DNA of 64,000 nucleotides from an uncultured Phycisphaerales bacterium. Lineage in GTDB: Bacteria > Planctomycetota > Phycisphaerae > Tepidisphaerales > Tepidisphaeraceae. Location: NCBI GenBank assembly GCA_963755915.1, contig CAVWLP010000002.1, positions 640,001 to 704,000 on the forward strand, given 5' to 3'. This document shows positions 1 through 10,848 of the stretch, one piece after another (within the stretch, counting starts at the first letter, position 1; the number at the start of each line of letters is the position of its first letter). The notes below the pieces were generated by a model that was given only the letters and a program-made list of their open reading frames with translations, ran no database searches and was not told the origin of the DNA. Position numbers and translations under genes: made by a program.

Positions 1-681
1 TCCGCCGCAGCAGACGATGAAGATACGGGCGCGGACGGTGAGGCGTTTTCCGTCGAGCGAGCGCACTTTCACCTCATGCGCGGCCGAGGCGTCGGGAGTG
101 CTTTCGATGGACGTGACATTCGCGTCGGTGAGGACCTGGATATTTTCGGCGGCGCGTATCGCAGCGCCATGCGCGCGCGCGAAGTTCGGCATGGGGGAAA
201 AAGTGGAGTAATACGTTTCGATCTCGCCGGGCAGATATTCGGGCGGCTTGGCAACCGAATCGGGCCAGTCGGCAATATCGTGAGAACCGGGGGCCAATTG
301 CATGACCTCATGGGCGCGGGGATAGAAGGGGGCGAGATCGCTGCGTGAAATCGGCCACCCGCTGTGCTCGACCCAGTCGCGCTTTTGGAAGTCGATGTCG
401 AAAAGCGGCAGGCACTGCCCGGCCCAGAGCGTGGTGGTTCCCCCAAGAGCGCGCACCCGGCCGATGTGGATTCCGTTGTGCCTGAGGCCGACGACTTCGC
501 TGCGGTATGGGTCCTGGTATCGGCTGTCGATGGTGGCGCCGCCGGCTTCAAGGACGATCACCTGGTGGGGCGAGTTGATGAACTCGCGCGCGATTGTAAT
601 TCCCGCTGCGCCGCTGCCGATGATGCAGAGGTCGGTGGGCAGGCAATCGACGGATCCGATTTCGCCCAGGGTTTTGATCAT
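1..681 (-). CDS. GMC-family / FAD-dependent oxidoreductase, N-terminal part (runs off window edge)
   Basis: Manual translation from ATG at 681: MIKTLGEIGSVDCLPTDLCIIGSGAAGITIAREF...VIVLEAGG...GRVRALGGTTTLWAGQC. Shows the GxGxxG Rossmann motif and a GMC-type LGG(T/S) motif. Not in the ORF track because it is truncated. Confidence 0.8.
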   Translation of the reverse strand, partial: MIKTLGEIGSVDCLPTDLCIIGSGAAGITIAREFINSPHQVIVLEAGGATIDSRYQDPYRSEVVGLRHNGIHIGRVRALGGTTTLWAGQCLPLFDIDFQKRDWVEHSGWPISRSDLAPFYPRAHEVMQLAPGSHDIADWPDSVAKPPEYLPGEIETYYSTFSPMPNFARAHGAAIRAAENIQVLTDANVTSIESTPDASAAHEVKVRSLDGKRLTVRARIFIVCCGG

Positions 682-709
682 AAGATTGTCCCTCTCGCGC
701 TTGCGATCT

Positions 710-2047
710 TCAGCCGTTTTCCAGCGGGGCGCCGGCCAGGTCGTCGAATCGATTTATCGTGCGAGGTTCTTCCGCGCCGTCGAATGCTTTTTCGTAGACG
801 CGGTGGATTTTCCTGACCATTTGATCGATCGTGAAATGGCTGAGAATGCGCTGGCGGCCAAGGCGGCCGGTTTTTTCGCGGAATTCGCGGTCGGCGAGGA
901 ACCGTAGGATGGCCTGGGCCATGGCGGTCACGTCGCCCATGGGAACGAGAAGCCCCGTCACCCCGTGCAGCACGATTTCCGGCACCCCCCCGCCGTTGGT
1001 GGCGACGATCGGTTTTCCCGCTTCCATTCCTTCGATGATGACCTGCCCGAACGGCTCGCCGGTGATCGAGGCGTGGACGAGCAGATCCATTTTGGCGATG
1101 AGGCGCTTGGCATCGGGCACGTGGCCTGTCATTTCCATGACATCTTCAAGTTCACGCAGCGTCACGAGCTGGCGGATTTCGTCCTCGTAGTCCCCTTCGT
1201 TGAACAGCGCCCCGCCGATGATCTGGAACCGCACGTTGGCGAATTCGCGGCGCACGATGGCCGCGGCTTCGATAAAAATGTGCTGGCCCTTCCATGGAGT
1301 GATGCGGCCGACGAGGCCGACGGTGAGGATTCTGCCTGGCTCGTCAACCGGGGCCGGCGGAAGTTCACGGAGATTAATGCCATCATGTATGACGTGGAAA
1401 CGGCGCGCCAGGGCGGGAGCATTGGGCGACACGTGCGCATCGCGATACGATTTGAGCCGCAGCGTTTTCAGCGTCGCCATCGAATTTGCGATCACTTGCT
1501 GTGGAATGATGTGCGCGAGCCGGCGAAAAACGCGGGCAACGATCGGCGGTAGATAGTCATCGGAAATCCGGTCGCGGAGATGCCAGATGATCGGAACCCG
1601 CGCGAACCGCGCGGCGATGCCGCCGATCAGATTGGCCTTGAGGGAATTGGTGTGCACGATGGCGATCTCATGGCGGCGAATGAACCGTCGCAGTTCGAGA
1701 ATGAAGAGGAAAATCCTGACGAGCCCGAATATCCGCAGCAGGCTCCCGAGCCCCAGCGAATCCTTGCGCGCGTCGGTGACCGACCGGTCGAGCGGAAGAA
1801 CGTGCGTCTCGATGCCCATCGCCAGGAGCCGATCAACGAGGGGCCCTTCGGAAAACACCGCGACGACCGGTTGATATCTGGGCCCGATGTTGGCGACCAT
1901 ATGGATCAGGGCGAGTTCAGCGCCGCCGAGCTTGGCAGTGTGATCGATGTAGAGGACGCGGCGCTGCGCAGCCGGCGGAAGGACCGGATCGGCAAGAGGC
2001 CGATGCATCGGCAGGCGCAAATTGATGCTGGCGACGTTTAACATCAT
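710..2047 (-). CDS. GT4 glycosyltransferase
   Basis: C-terminal half of ORF 710..3229: HTAKLGGAE, VGRITPWKGQ, EPFGQVIIEGMEAGKPIVATNGGGVPE. ATG at 2047 overlaps the upstream stop. Confidence 0.9.
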   Translation of the reverse strand: MMLNVASINLRLPMHRPLADPVLPPAAQRRVLYIDHTAKLGGAELALIHMVANIGPRYQPVVAVFSEGPLVDRLLAMGIETHVLPLDRSVTDARKDSLGLGSLLRIFGLVRIFLFILELRRFIRRHEIAIVHTNSLKANLIGGIAARFARVPIIWHLRDRISDDYLPPIVARVFRRLAHIIPQQVIANSMATLKTLRLKSYRDAHVSPNAPALARRFHVIHDGINLRELPPAPVDEPGRILTVGLVGRITPWKGQHIFIEAAAIVRREFANVRFQIIGGALFNEGDYEDEIRQLVTLRELEDVMEMTGHVPDAKRLIAKMDLLVHASITGEPFGQVIIEGMEAGKPIVATNGGGVPEIVLHGVTGLLVPMGDVTAMAQAILRFLADREFREKTGRLGRQRILSHFTIDQMVRKIHRVYEKAFDGAEEPRTINRFDDLAGAPLENG

Positions 2048-3229
2048 GATGCGAGCGGCCTTGTCTGTTGCAGGATGATGATCAGACGGTTGGCGATGGC
2101 CGGCCAGGAATAGAGCCGATTGAACATTTCCAATCCGGCGGCGCCGATCTGGGCGCGAAGCTGCGCATCGGAGGCGAGGCGCAGGACGGCGGCGTCGAAG
2201 GCGGCATCGTCGCTCGCGGGGGTCAGGAGCATTGCCTTGCCGTCGGCGGCGATGAGCTGCGGATCGGTGTGATGTCCGCGCGTGCCGACGACGGGGATTC
2301 CATGCTGAAGCGCCGCCATCATCGCGCCGCGGCGCGTCGAAACGCCGTCGGAATAGGTGGCCAGGAAAATGTCCAGAGCTGCCAAACGCCGTGAGACTTC
2401 GGCGCGGGGAAAGGCCCGTCGGCGATGAGGGGCACATCGCGGATGGCGCTGCGAACGGCCGCGGCGTGCGGGCCGATGTAAATGAGGCGCACGCGGCGTC
2501 CGGTCGCGGCGATGGCGCGGCGCTGGATTGCAGCGGCTCAAGAAGCCGGGAAACGTGCGCCGTGCCGAAGACTCCCAGGGCGATCTCATCGTCCTGGAGC
2601 CCGAGCTTTGCGCGGGCTTCGGCGCGGCTGATCTGCTCGCGGGGAATATTCGAGCCGACGGGAAGGTGATGCACGGCGCCGCGGCAGAAGCCATTCTGGC
2701 GGCGATCCGCCCAGGGCTCGATCGAGAAACAGACGCTGTCGGCGATGCGTCCAAGCTGGAAGAACTGCCAGCGCTGCCAGGGAGTCATCACCAGGAACTT
2801 CCAGTTGGACATGGGGACGTAGATTTCGTGCATCATGACGACGATGGGAATCACCGGCGCGTGCTTGCGGATGCATTTGAGCACGCGGGGAAGCTCCAGG
2901 TTCAGGCCCCACCGGCCGTAGGCGAAGGGGTTGTATTGAAGCAGCAGGGCATCGGGCAGGTCGCCGATGACCGTGTCGGCGATTTTCCAGACCGAGCGGC
3001 GCTGATCGGGATTGAAGGTGGGGAGAACCTGCACGCCGGGAATCGGATCGGCGGTTTCGTGCGAATTACCGACGATGGTGACGTCCAGCGATTTGGAGAG
3101 TTCCGTCGCGAGAAGGGCCGTGTAATCACCGATGCCGTCGAGCATCGGCGGCAGTGCCGGGGCGACGATGTAGAGCTTGCGCTTCGTGCGAGTTTTTGCG
3201 GGGATCGCGGAATACTCGGTCTTGCGCAA
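2044..3229 (-). CDS. GT4 glycosyltransferase (frameshifted at ~2400-2520)
   Basis: N-terminus LPPMLDGIGDYTALL...LQYNPFAYGRWG in one frame. C-terminus DIFLATYSDGVSTRRGAMMAALQHGIPVV in ORF 2044..2754. Confidence 0.8.
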
Positions 3230-3279
3230 TCTGGGTGGCGACTTCGAGGGGAACGTGGAGTGCCGATATTGTGGGTGTA

Positions 3280-4311
3280 TTAGTCAGCATAGGCGGATGT
3301 ACTCAGTGATGGAGAGCGGACCTGGTTGGTTTCGTTGCTCGCCGTGCGTTTGCGGCGCACGATCGACGTGCCGAGGTTTCCACACACCGCCAAAGTCATC
3401 GCGCCAACGGCGCGCCCCGTGGGGCCCATGGCCAGGGAATCGGCCAATGCTCGGCGCGCTTCGGCGCGGCGGCCCAAATGCACGAGGTGTAACCCTTTGT
3501 CCGCCAGCGCCCTCCTGCGAAGCGCCCACAGCTTCGGATGGATCGGCTCCAGTGCCGGATCGGCAAGCATCGCCTCCAGGCGGAACAGATGTCCTTCGAC
3601 CATGTAGAGCGGCGCTTCGGCGCTCATGCCGCCCGCATCGGCGCGATAATTGGCCAGCCGTCGCGGAACATAAAATGCTCCGCGCCCGGTTCGAAGGCAT
3701 TGATAAAACAGCCACAGATCGTTGCTCCCCGTGGCCTTTTCGGAAACATATTGGGGCGAAAGATCGTGGCTTCGGAAAAGACAGGCGGCAATCGAAATGC
3801 TGCAATCGACCAGCGCCGATCGCAGCGGGTCGGGCAGCCGGCCCGGGGGAAGCAGATTTCGCATGAACCGCGCGGACATCTCATTGCTTTCGCCGTTGCA
3901 GCGCCGGCCGCCGACATCCATCACCCATTGATCGCAGAAGGAAACGGACAGCGCCGGATCAGACAGCAGCGGAGCCAATAATTCTTCGACGAAGGTCGGC
4001 TCCAGGGCATCGTCGTCGTGGAGAATGGCGAGGAATTCCCCGCGCACGGTTTCGAGGCCAAATTTCCAGTTGCCCGGCAGGCCGAGGTTCACGCCGTGGC
4101 GAATTAATCGAACGCGCGGATCGCCGGTGAAAGGGGCGGCCGACGCGGCGGTGTCGTCGGGGGAGCAATCGTCCAGGATCAGGATCTCGAGATTCGCATA
4201 GGTCTGCCCGACGGCGCTGCGAACGGCCTGCGGCAAGAGCGCGGCTCGCTTAAAGGTGGGGATCAGAATTGTGACCAGCGGGGTGTTCATCTGGAATAAT
4301 GTGTCAGGCAT
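3280..4311 (-). CDS. GT2 glycosyltransferase
   Basis: VTILIPTFKR...ILILDDCSPD...ILHDDD (DxD motif). Confidence 0.9.
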   Translation of the reverse strand: MPDTLFQMNTPLVTILIPTFKRAALLPQAVRSAVGQTYANLEILILDDCSPDDTAASAAPFTGDPRVRLIRHGVNLGLPGNWKFGLETVRGEFLAILHDDDALEPTFVEELLAPLLSDPALSVSFCDQWVMDVGGRRCNGESNEMSARFMRNLLPPGRLPDPLRSALVDCSISIAACLFRSHDLSPQYVSEKATGSNDLWLFYQCLRTGRGAFYVPRRLANYRADAGGMSAEAPLYMVEGHLFRLEAMLADPALEPIHPKLWALRRRALADKGLHLVHLGRRAEARRALADSLAMGPTGRAVGAMTLAVCGNLGTSIVRRKRTASNETNQVRSPSLSTSAYAD

Positions 4312-5287
4312 TGAGCCGATCGCGGTGCAGATAACGGAAGAGCCAATATCCCGGCGACCCGCCGGACAGCAGCACGCGGTCGATGATCGCCTTGGGCGTG
4401 AGGCGCACGTGCCCGCAGATTTCCTCGGCGCGGCGCATCAGCTTTTCGCCCTTGTCGCGATCGCCGTTGGTGCTGGCAGTGATTCCGGCGGAGAGGACCC
4501 CCTCGGCGGCGACCCTGCGGAGCGTAGGCAATTCGCTTGCGAGTTCGGGCCGGGCACGGGCCCACTGGGCGATGACGTCGGGAAACTCCTGCATTTCGCG
4601 GAGCATATCGCCGTCGCGGGCGCTGCGGGTTGTGACGCTCTGTTCGTGGACGCGATAAACCGTGAAGGCCTTGGGAATGGCGCGAACGTAGCGGGCGCTG
4701 GCGGCGAGGCGAAGATGGTACTCGATGTCGACATGAACGCGCAGATCGGGACGCGGTTTGCCGACTGTTTTGATCAGCGTCCGGCGGACAAACATCGCCG
4801 AGGGAAGCCAGAGGTTTCGGGTGATCTGATGCTTAAAGGCCTGGAGGCCGGTGAAAAGCTCATTAAACACCTGCCGGGCCGGCTTCAGCGGATTGATCTT
4901 TTCGCGGGAGACGAGCCAGTTTCCGTAGACCATGTCGATTTCCGAATCGGCCGCGAATTCGTCGCGGGCGGTTTGGAGCGCTTCGGGAAGCCAGTAGTCG
5001 TCGGCGTGCAAAATGCCGACGATCGGCGCGGTTCCCAGATCCAGCGCGCTGGCCCAGTTTGCGGCTTGGCCGATGTTGGTCTCGTGGCGGAGATATTTGA
5101 TGCGGGGATTTTCCCGGTATGGCTCGAGAACGGTTTGCGTGTCATCCGATGACGCGTCATCACAGATGAACAGTTCCCACGAAGAGCAGGTTTGCTGCAA
5201 AACGCTGTCGATGGCCTGGCGGAGGTATCGGCCATAGTTGCGTGTGAGGATGATGACGGTGAAAACCGGCGAAGCGGAGGAGCTCAT
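4304..5287 (-). CDS. GT2 glycosyltransferase
   Basis: FTVIILTRNYGRYL...ICDDASSD...ILHADD. Start taken at the ATG at 5287. Confidence 0.9.
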   Translation of the reverse strand: MSSSASPVFTVIILTRNYGRYLRQAIDSVLQQTCSSWELFICDDASSDDTQTVLEPYRENPRIKYLRHETNIGQAANWASALDLGTAPIVGILHADDYWLPEALQTARDEFAADSEIDMVYGNWLVSREKINPLKPARQVFNELFTGLQAFKHQITRNLWLPSAMFVRRTLIKTVGKPRPDLRVHVDIEYHLRLAASARYVRAIPKAFTVYRVHEQSVTTRSARDGDMLREMQEFPDVIAQWARARPELASELPTLRRVAAEGVLSAGITASTNGDRDKGEKLMRRAEEICGHVRLTPKAIIDRVLLSGGSPGYWLFRYLHRDRLNA

Positions 5288-6252
5288 TTTCCACCCTCCG
5301 ATTCGGTCTTGAAGCCGCGCTTGACGGTTCCGAATCCCCGCCAGGCGAGGCGCAGCGCGGCGGCGACAATCCGCGTGAGGGGGGCGGGCCGGGTTTGAGC
5401 TTGCACCACGCCCGCGTTCTTGGCCAGCTCCCAATGCTTGGCCCAGGTGAGATAGTTGTAGTAGGCGAACATCACGGACATGAGCAAACCGAACACGCCT
5501 TCGCGATAACTTTCAAGATAGATATATCGATGCAGAAAGTTCTTCAGCATTCCCGGAACCGGATTTCTGGGCGGGAGGGGATTTTTCTTAAATGCTTCCA
5601 CCGCTTCCAGGGAGGTGTAGCGGTTCATGGTTTCGACATATTGGGCAATCGAGTCCTTGGAGTAATGCTGGAGATATTCGTTCAACTCGCCGACGGCGCC
5701 ATCGACGCGCAATTGCTCGTGGACGGCCCGCGAACTCCAGCGACCCGCGTCGCGGCGTACCAGACGTGTTTGCCAGGAGGGACCTTGCGTGTAATGCGTG
5801 GGGACGCCGAAGAAGTTTTCGCGGCGGCGCATCATGAACGCGGCGGGACTTTCGGGGCCGCTGGCGTTAACTATCGCGCGAATCTCCGCGGCGAGGGCGG
5901 GCGTGACGCGCTCATCGGCATCGACATAAAGCACCCAGTCGCCGGTCGTCTTCTCCATCGCGAAGTTGCGCTGGTCGGAATATCCGCCGGGTTTGTTGGG
6001 CCCGAGCAGGTCGCTGCGGTAAACCAGCGAGGTGTAGCATTGTGCGACCTGCACCGTGTCGTCGGTGCTGAAGCTGTCGACGACAATCGTTTCGTCGGCC
6101 CAGAGAAGACTTTCCAGGCACGGCCCCACCCGCTTGGCTTCGTTAAAGGTGAGGACAATCGCGGAGATGCGCGGGCGGGCGACCTGGGGCACGGATGGGC
6201 CGGCGGCGGTTTCGGCGATTTCGGTAACGGCTTGCGAGTTTAAAATGCGCAT
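5284..6252 (-). CDS. GT2 glycosyltransferase (beta-1,4-glucosyltransferase/WaaE-like)
   Basis: ISAIVLTFNEA...VVDSFSTDDT...WVLYVDADER...VHEQL. Confidence 0.88.
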   Translation of the reverse strand: MRILNSQAVTEIAETAAGPSVPQVARPRISAIVLTFNEAKRVGPCLESLLWADETIVVDSFSTDDTVQVAQCYTSLVYRSDLLGPNKPGGYSDQRNFAMEKTTGDWVLYVDADERVTPALAAEIRAIVNASGPESPAAFMMRRRENFFGVPTHYTQGPSWQTRLVRRDAGRWSSRAVHEQLRVDGAVGELNEYLQHYSKDSIAQYVETMNRYTSLEAVEAFKKNPLPPRNPVPGMLKNFLHRYIYLESYREGVFGLLMSVMFAYYNYLTWAKHWELAKNAGVVQAQTRPAPLTRIVAAALRLAWRGFGTVKRGFKTESEGGK

Positions 6253-7493
6253 GATGGTGCGAGCGAGGTTGCTCGGTATCCCGTCAATGAATGAAAAACG
6301 TCAAGATGAAGCTGGGTAACGGCGGGCCAGTTATATCGTGTTGACTGAATTTCACGGCCGGCGGCGCCGAGGCGATTGCGCAGGTTTTCGTCCTCAAGAA
6401 GCCTGACCAGTGCCGTAGCGATCGCCGAAGGATCCTGCTCGACGCAGAATCCCGTTTCGCCGTCGGCGATCAGCTCGCGAACCGCCGGAGCAAGCCCTCC
6501 GACGACGGGCTTCCCATAGCTCCACGCCTCGACGTAAACGATGCCGAAGGCCTCGGTGGTTGAGGGCATGCAGAAAACGTCGCAGGCGGCGAGTGCATCG
6601 GCCTTTTCAGATTCGCCGGCGATGCCCAGATCGAGATACGCCCGGGCCGGCACGGGCGGATAAGGCATATCGCATTTGGGTCCAATCGCAATTAAGCATG
6701 CGTCTGGGATGGTTTCGAGAACTTTTGTCATCGCCTCGCACAGCGAGTGAAAACCCTTGTGCGCATCCGGCGGCCGACGAACAGGACAACCGGCCGCTTT
6801 CCAAGCCCGTGTTTCTGGCGGAACGCGTGGCCATCGCCGCTGGCATCGGCTACAGGCGCAAGCCACACGCGCACGAGGCGATCGCGCGAAACGCCCAGCG
6901 ATTGCAGATGCTGAATCTCGTGCTGCGACTGGCAAAAGACCGCGTCGGCCTGGCAATATAGATCGACGTCCAGCGGGCTGTCCCCCCAGGTCCGCGGATG
7001 CACGGCCGGCAAGATGGTGAAAGCCGCTCCCCGCCTGCGCGGCGTCGAGCGCGGCGAAGCCCAGAAGCTCGCGACCCGCGCCGATAAAGTGAATCACGTC
7101 ACACTCCGCCGGCAACGCGCGGGCCAGCGAACGCTCAAACGCCCGTGAAAATATCTTCGGCGGCAACATTCGAAGCGCGCGGCGATCGGTCATGTGATGA
7201 AGCTGCCGGAGAATCGGCGCCCAGGCGGGCGACGGACCGACGAGGTTCGTTGGAATGCCGTCAATGGGCGCGCCATCGCCCGATGACGGCGCGGCATAAT
7301 CCATCGGCCCCGCTTCGACACGATCGAAACGGGCCACGGTGGAAACGGTGATTGATTCCGATTGAAGCTCGCGCACGAGCATCCGGGCATAGGCCGAGAG
7401 GCCGCCTGCGGTCGAGCGGCTTTCGCCCGAGACGATGCAGACTCGTAGCGGGGGAAGATCATGACCGGGATTTGCGGCGGCAGTCAGAGGCAT
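6240..7493 (-). CDS. GT4 glycosyltransferase (compensating frameshifts at ~6760-7030)
   Basis: DVFCMPSTTEAFGIVYVEAWSYGKPVV. The middle part is in ORF 6728..7012 (PVVLFVGRR). Confidence 0.82.
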   Translation of the reverse strand: MPLTAAANPGHDLPPLRVCIVSGESRSTAGGLSAYARMLVRELQSESITVSTVARFDRVEAGPMDYAAPSSGDGAPIDGIPTNLVGPSPAWAPILRQLHHMTDRRALRMLPPKIFSRAFERSLARALPAECDVIHFIGAGRELLGFAALDAAQAGSGFHHLAGRASADLGGQPAGRRSILPGRRGLLPVAARDSASAIAGRFARSPRARVACACSRCQRRWPRVPPETRAWKAAGCPVRRPPDAHKGFHSLCEAMTKVLETIPDACLIAIGPKCDMPYPPVPARAYLDLGIAGESEKADALAACDVFCMPSTTEAFGIVYVEAWSYGKPVVGGLAPAVRELIADGETGFCVEQDPSAIATALVRLLEDENLRNRLGAAGREIQSTRYNWPAVTQLHLDVFHSLTGYRATSLAPSCAF

Positions 7494-7509
7494 AGTCGCC
7501 TTTGCGATT

Positions 7510-8702
7510 TCAGTTCACTTGCGGCTCAAGGATCGGATCCCGTGGCATCAACGCAGGCGCCGGCTGCTCGCCGGCCTGGGCGGCCGCGAGAATCTGCTGC
7601 ATCACGCGGCGTTGCGAAAGGCGCGGACGCCAGTATCGCGCGATATCTTTTGGCGAGCGGCGGCCGTCTTCCCACGCTTCAAGCTCCTCTTCGAGGGCTT
7701 CGTGAAGCGATGAGGCGCGATGACTCGCCGAAGCCGTGCCGAATGGGCCTGCCCGGGCGATTTCGAGAAATGCCGGGATCGGCGTCCCCACGACACTGCA
7801 CCCGGACGCCAGCGCTTCATTGGCCGAGATCGGCGCACCTTCCCACCGCGATGCAAATAGCAGCACGCGGGCGGCCATCAGGTGCCTGGGAATTTCGTTA
7901 AGCGGAATCTGCTCGTGACAATCGATTCTCCCCGTTTGGCGGGCCAAATCTCCGCATAGGGCATTTGCCCCCGGACCGATGATCGTGAATCGTGTATCGC
8001 TGGACCTCGCGAGTTGCCGCCGGATGATCGCCCGCAAAAGCCGCGGATTTTTCTGGGGCGCTGTCCAACGTCCGATGGCGACGACTGCTTTCGGACGCTC
8101 GGTCGGCACATCTGCCTTCAAGAACAGATCATCCACGCAATGCGGCGCGACGACGATCTTCCGGGCCAGATAACCGCGTCCCAGATGCTTCAGCACCCGG
8201 CGCAGATTCTTAGCAGCCTCGTGCGTTTCGATCGCGACCGCGTGCGACGCCGCGATCGTGCGAACGAGCGACTGATCTTCCGCTCGATGCCGAATCAGAT
8301 AGCGATGAACGAAGCTCTTAAATTCAACAAACTTTCGCCCTGCCGGCGCCGCTTCAACCATGCAGCGGAAAAAGCTGCGGGGAAAGGCCCGGATGCTTTG
8401 CATGCCGTCGCTATCGGCGCGGGAGACGACGCGGCGCCTGCGGCGCTGAGGGCCTCTGATATCTGCGGATGTTGGAACCACAGAAACGTCACCGCGACAT
8501 CGATTCCGAGCTGCCGCCAGGTCGATGGATCAGCCATCTGCTCCATGGATTGCTCGACGATCGAAATCTCGGTCGGCCCGCGCAGATATTTGGAGGTCAC
8601 GAGCAGGCTCTCGTGTCCCATTTCCTCGAAGTGCCGCACATAAGCGGCGATATCGATGGTGCCCGGCACGAGTGGAATTGGATGAACGACGGCGATCTTC
8701 AT
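7510..8702 (-). CDS. GT4-like glycosyltransferase (frameshift at ~8440)
   Basis: Starts MKIAVVHPIP at 8702. C-terminus IGRWTAPQKN...FASRWEGAPISANEALASGCSVV. Confidence 0.78.
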
Positions 8703-8706
8703 TTTG

Positions 8707-9960
8707 TCATCGCTGCATGGCCAGGGCGTTATCGCTTTCAGATTGCGGGGCATCGATCGACCACCCAAAGTCGGCAAATACGGTTCCCTTCGCCGTGCCG
8801 TCCTCGCCGGCGGAATGTGCGTAGGGCACGACGGGGCTGACAGCGATTTCGCAGGCGTCTTCGAAGGTGTCGATGATCCCGCAGCCGCACAGATACATGT
8901 CGACGCGATATTTTCCCGGCCGAAGCCAGGGGGAATTGATTCGGAAGGAGCCGGAGATTTGCGGATCGTCGCCAAGCCAGACACCGACGAGGCGCGAATC
9001 GCACTGGCAGACGACGTTTCCCATGTTGTCCACGACATGGGCCGAGACGAACATCCGCCCCACCGCCGAGCGGAACCGCTTGATCTTGAAGGCAATTTCC
9101 TTGGTTTCGTCTGAATCGAAGAGCCGCTTGGAGGGACTGACTTCGACGAAGCGGTATTCGCCGGAGCCGGGCCGGGCGCGGGTCGGAAGTGTTGTGATGC
9201 GCCGCTGACTGAAGCGCTTCCATATACATCGCCGCGCCGGATGTCACGTTGCCGTCGTAGGCGATTTCGCCGCGATTCATCACCAGCACACGGTTGCAAA
9301 GCTGGGTTACCGAAGACATGTTGTGGCTAACGAAAAGAACCGTGCGGCCATTTCGCGCGACTTCACGAATCCGGCCCAAGCATTTTCCTGGAATTCGGCG
9401 TCCCCGACGCTAAGCACTTCATCAACAATGAGAATCTCCGGATCGAGATGAGCCGCCACGGCAAACGCCAAACGAACGTACATGCCGCTGCTGTAGCGCT
9501 TCACCGGGGTATCGAGGAATGCGTGAACACCGGAGAATTCGACGATTTCGTCGAACCGGTCGCGGATTTCACTGCGCTTCATGCCGAGGATCGTGCCGTT
9601 GAGATAAATGTTTTCCCGGCCGGTGAGTTCGGCGCTGAAACCAGTTCCTACTTCGAGCAAGCTGCCGACGCGGCCGAAGAGATCGATCCCCCCCGCCGTC
9701 GGCGGGGTGATGCGGCTCAGCAGCTTGAAGAGGGTGCTCTTGCCGGCGCCGTTTCGCCCGATCACACCCACGACATCTCCCCGCTTCACATCGAACGAAA
9801 CGTCCTTGACCGCCCAGAACGTCTCTTGCTCGACGCGGCGCAGGGGATGGCGCAGCCGGTGTACGACCGCCTCGGCCAGGGTTGTGGCGCGCTGCGATGC
9901 ATGCGCAATGGTGTATGCCTTGGAGAGCCCGCGCACCGAGATCATCGTTTCAGATGACAT
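8707..9960 (-). CDS. wzt: Polysaccharide ABC exporter ATP-binding subunit with C-terminal Wzt_C-like domain (frameshifts at ~9380 and ~9170)
   Basis: GRNGAGKST Walker A, YSSGMYVRLAF signature, ILIVDEVLSVGD Walker B, then VLFVSHN in the next frame. Confidence 0.9.
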
Positions 9961-10848
9961 CCGCGAACCTCCTTTCCATGCGTTTGAATGCGATAATCGA
10001 AAAGACCAGCAACGAAATACATACGACGGCGGAATAGATCAGCCATTTGAGCGGGGGTGGCGCCGTGCCCAGCAGCGACCACCGGCACGCCTCCAGGGGC
10101 GCGCTCAGGGGATTCAGGTAATAAATCTTCAGCAGCTTCTTCGGCACGGCCGAGGCGCCATACGGAATCGGGCTGGCCATGAGGAAAAACTGGATGAAAA
10201 CCGGAAGCACGTATTGAACGTCGCGATAGCTTACCGAGAGCGCCGTCGCCCAGAGCCCCATCCCCAGCCCACCTGCGACGAACATCAACAGCCAGATGGG
10301 AAGCAGCAGGAGCGCGTGGGTCGGCGGCGTGCGATAGCAGAGCATGAGCAGCGCCATCATGCCGCAGGAAACTCCGAAATCGACCAGCGACGAGCCGAGG
10401 CAGGAAAGCGGCAGAACCAGCCGGGGGAAAAAGATCTTTGAGATCAGGTTGGAATTGGTCACCAGGCACGTTCCGGCGCGGGTGACAATGTTGCTGAACA
10501 GATTCCACCCCAACATTCCGGCGAATGAAAAGAGGAAATAGGGAACCCCATCGCTGGGAAGCTTGGCGACGAGGCCGAAGACGAAGGTGAAGATTCCCGC
10601 GGCCATCAGCGGCTGCAATACGACCCAGGAAACTCCCAGGGCCGTCTGCTTATAGCGCAGCTTGACGTCGCGCACGGTCAGCGATCCCAGCAGATCGCGG
10701 AACTCGACGATTTCACCGAGCCCAAGGCTCGTCCACCGCGAAGGGGGCCGAATGCGCACCAGCGGGGGCGCTGATTCTGCTGCGCAGGCGGGGCCTCCGA
10801 TGCGATTGACTCTGTCTCAGATGAATCCAGTACGCTGCTCATTCTCAT
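9950..10848 (-). CDS. wzm: Polysaccharide ABC exporter permease
   Basis: RDVKLRYKQTALGVSWVVLQPL...LISKIFFPR...YRDVQY...LNPL. The core ORF is 9950..10759. Probable true start is 10848 with a frameshift near 10765. Confidence 0.9.

Noticed and set aside
710-3229. Apparent 839-aa double glycosyltransferase fusion
   Set aside because: The middle is out-of-frame nonsense. The true C-terminus of the first GT is in another frame, ending at 2044 and overlapping the next ATG.
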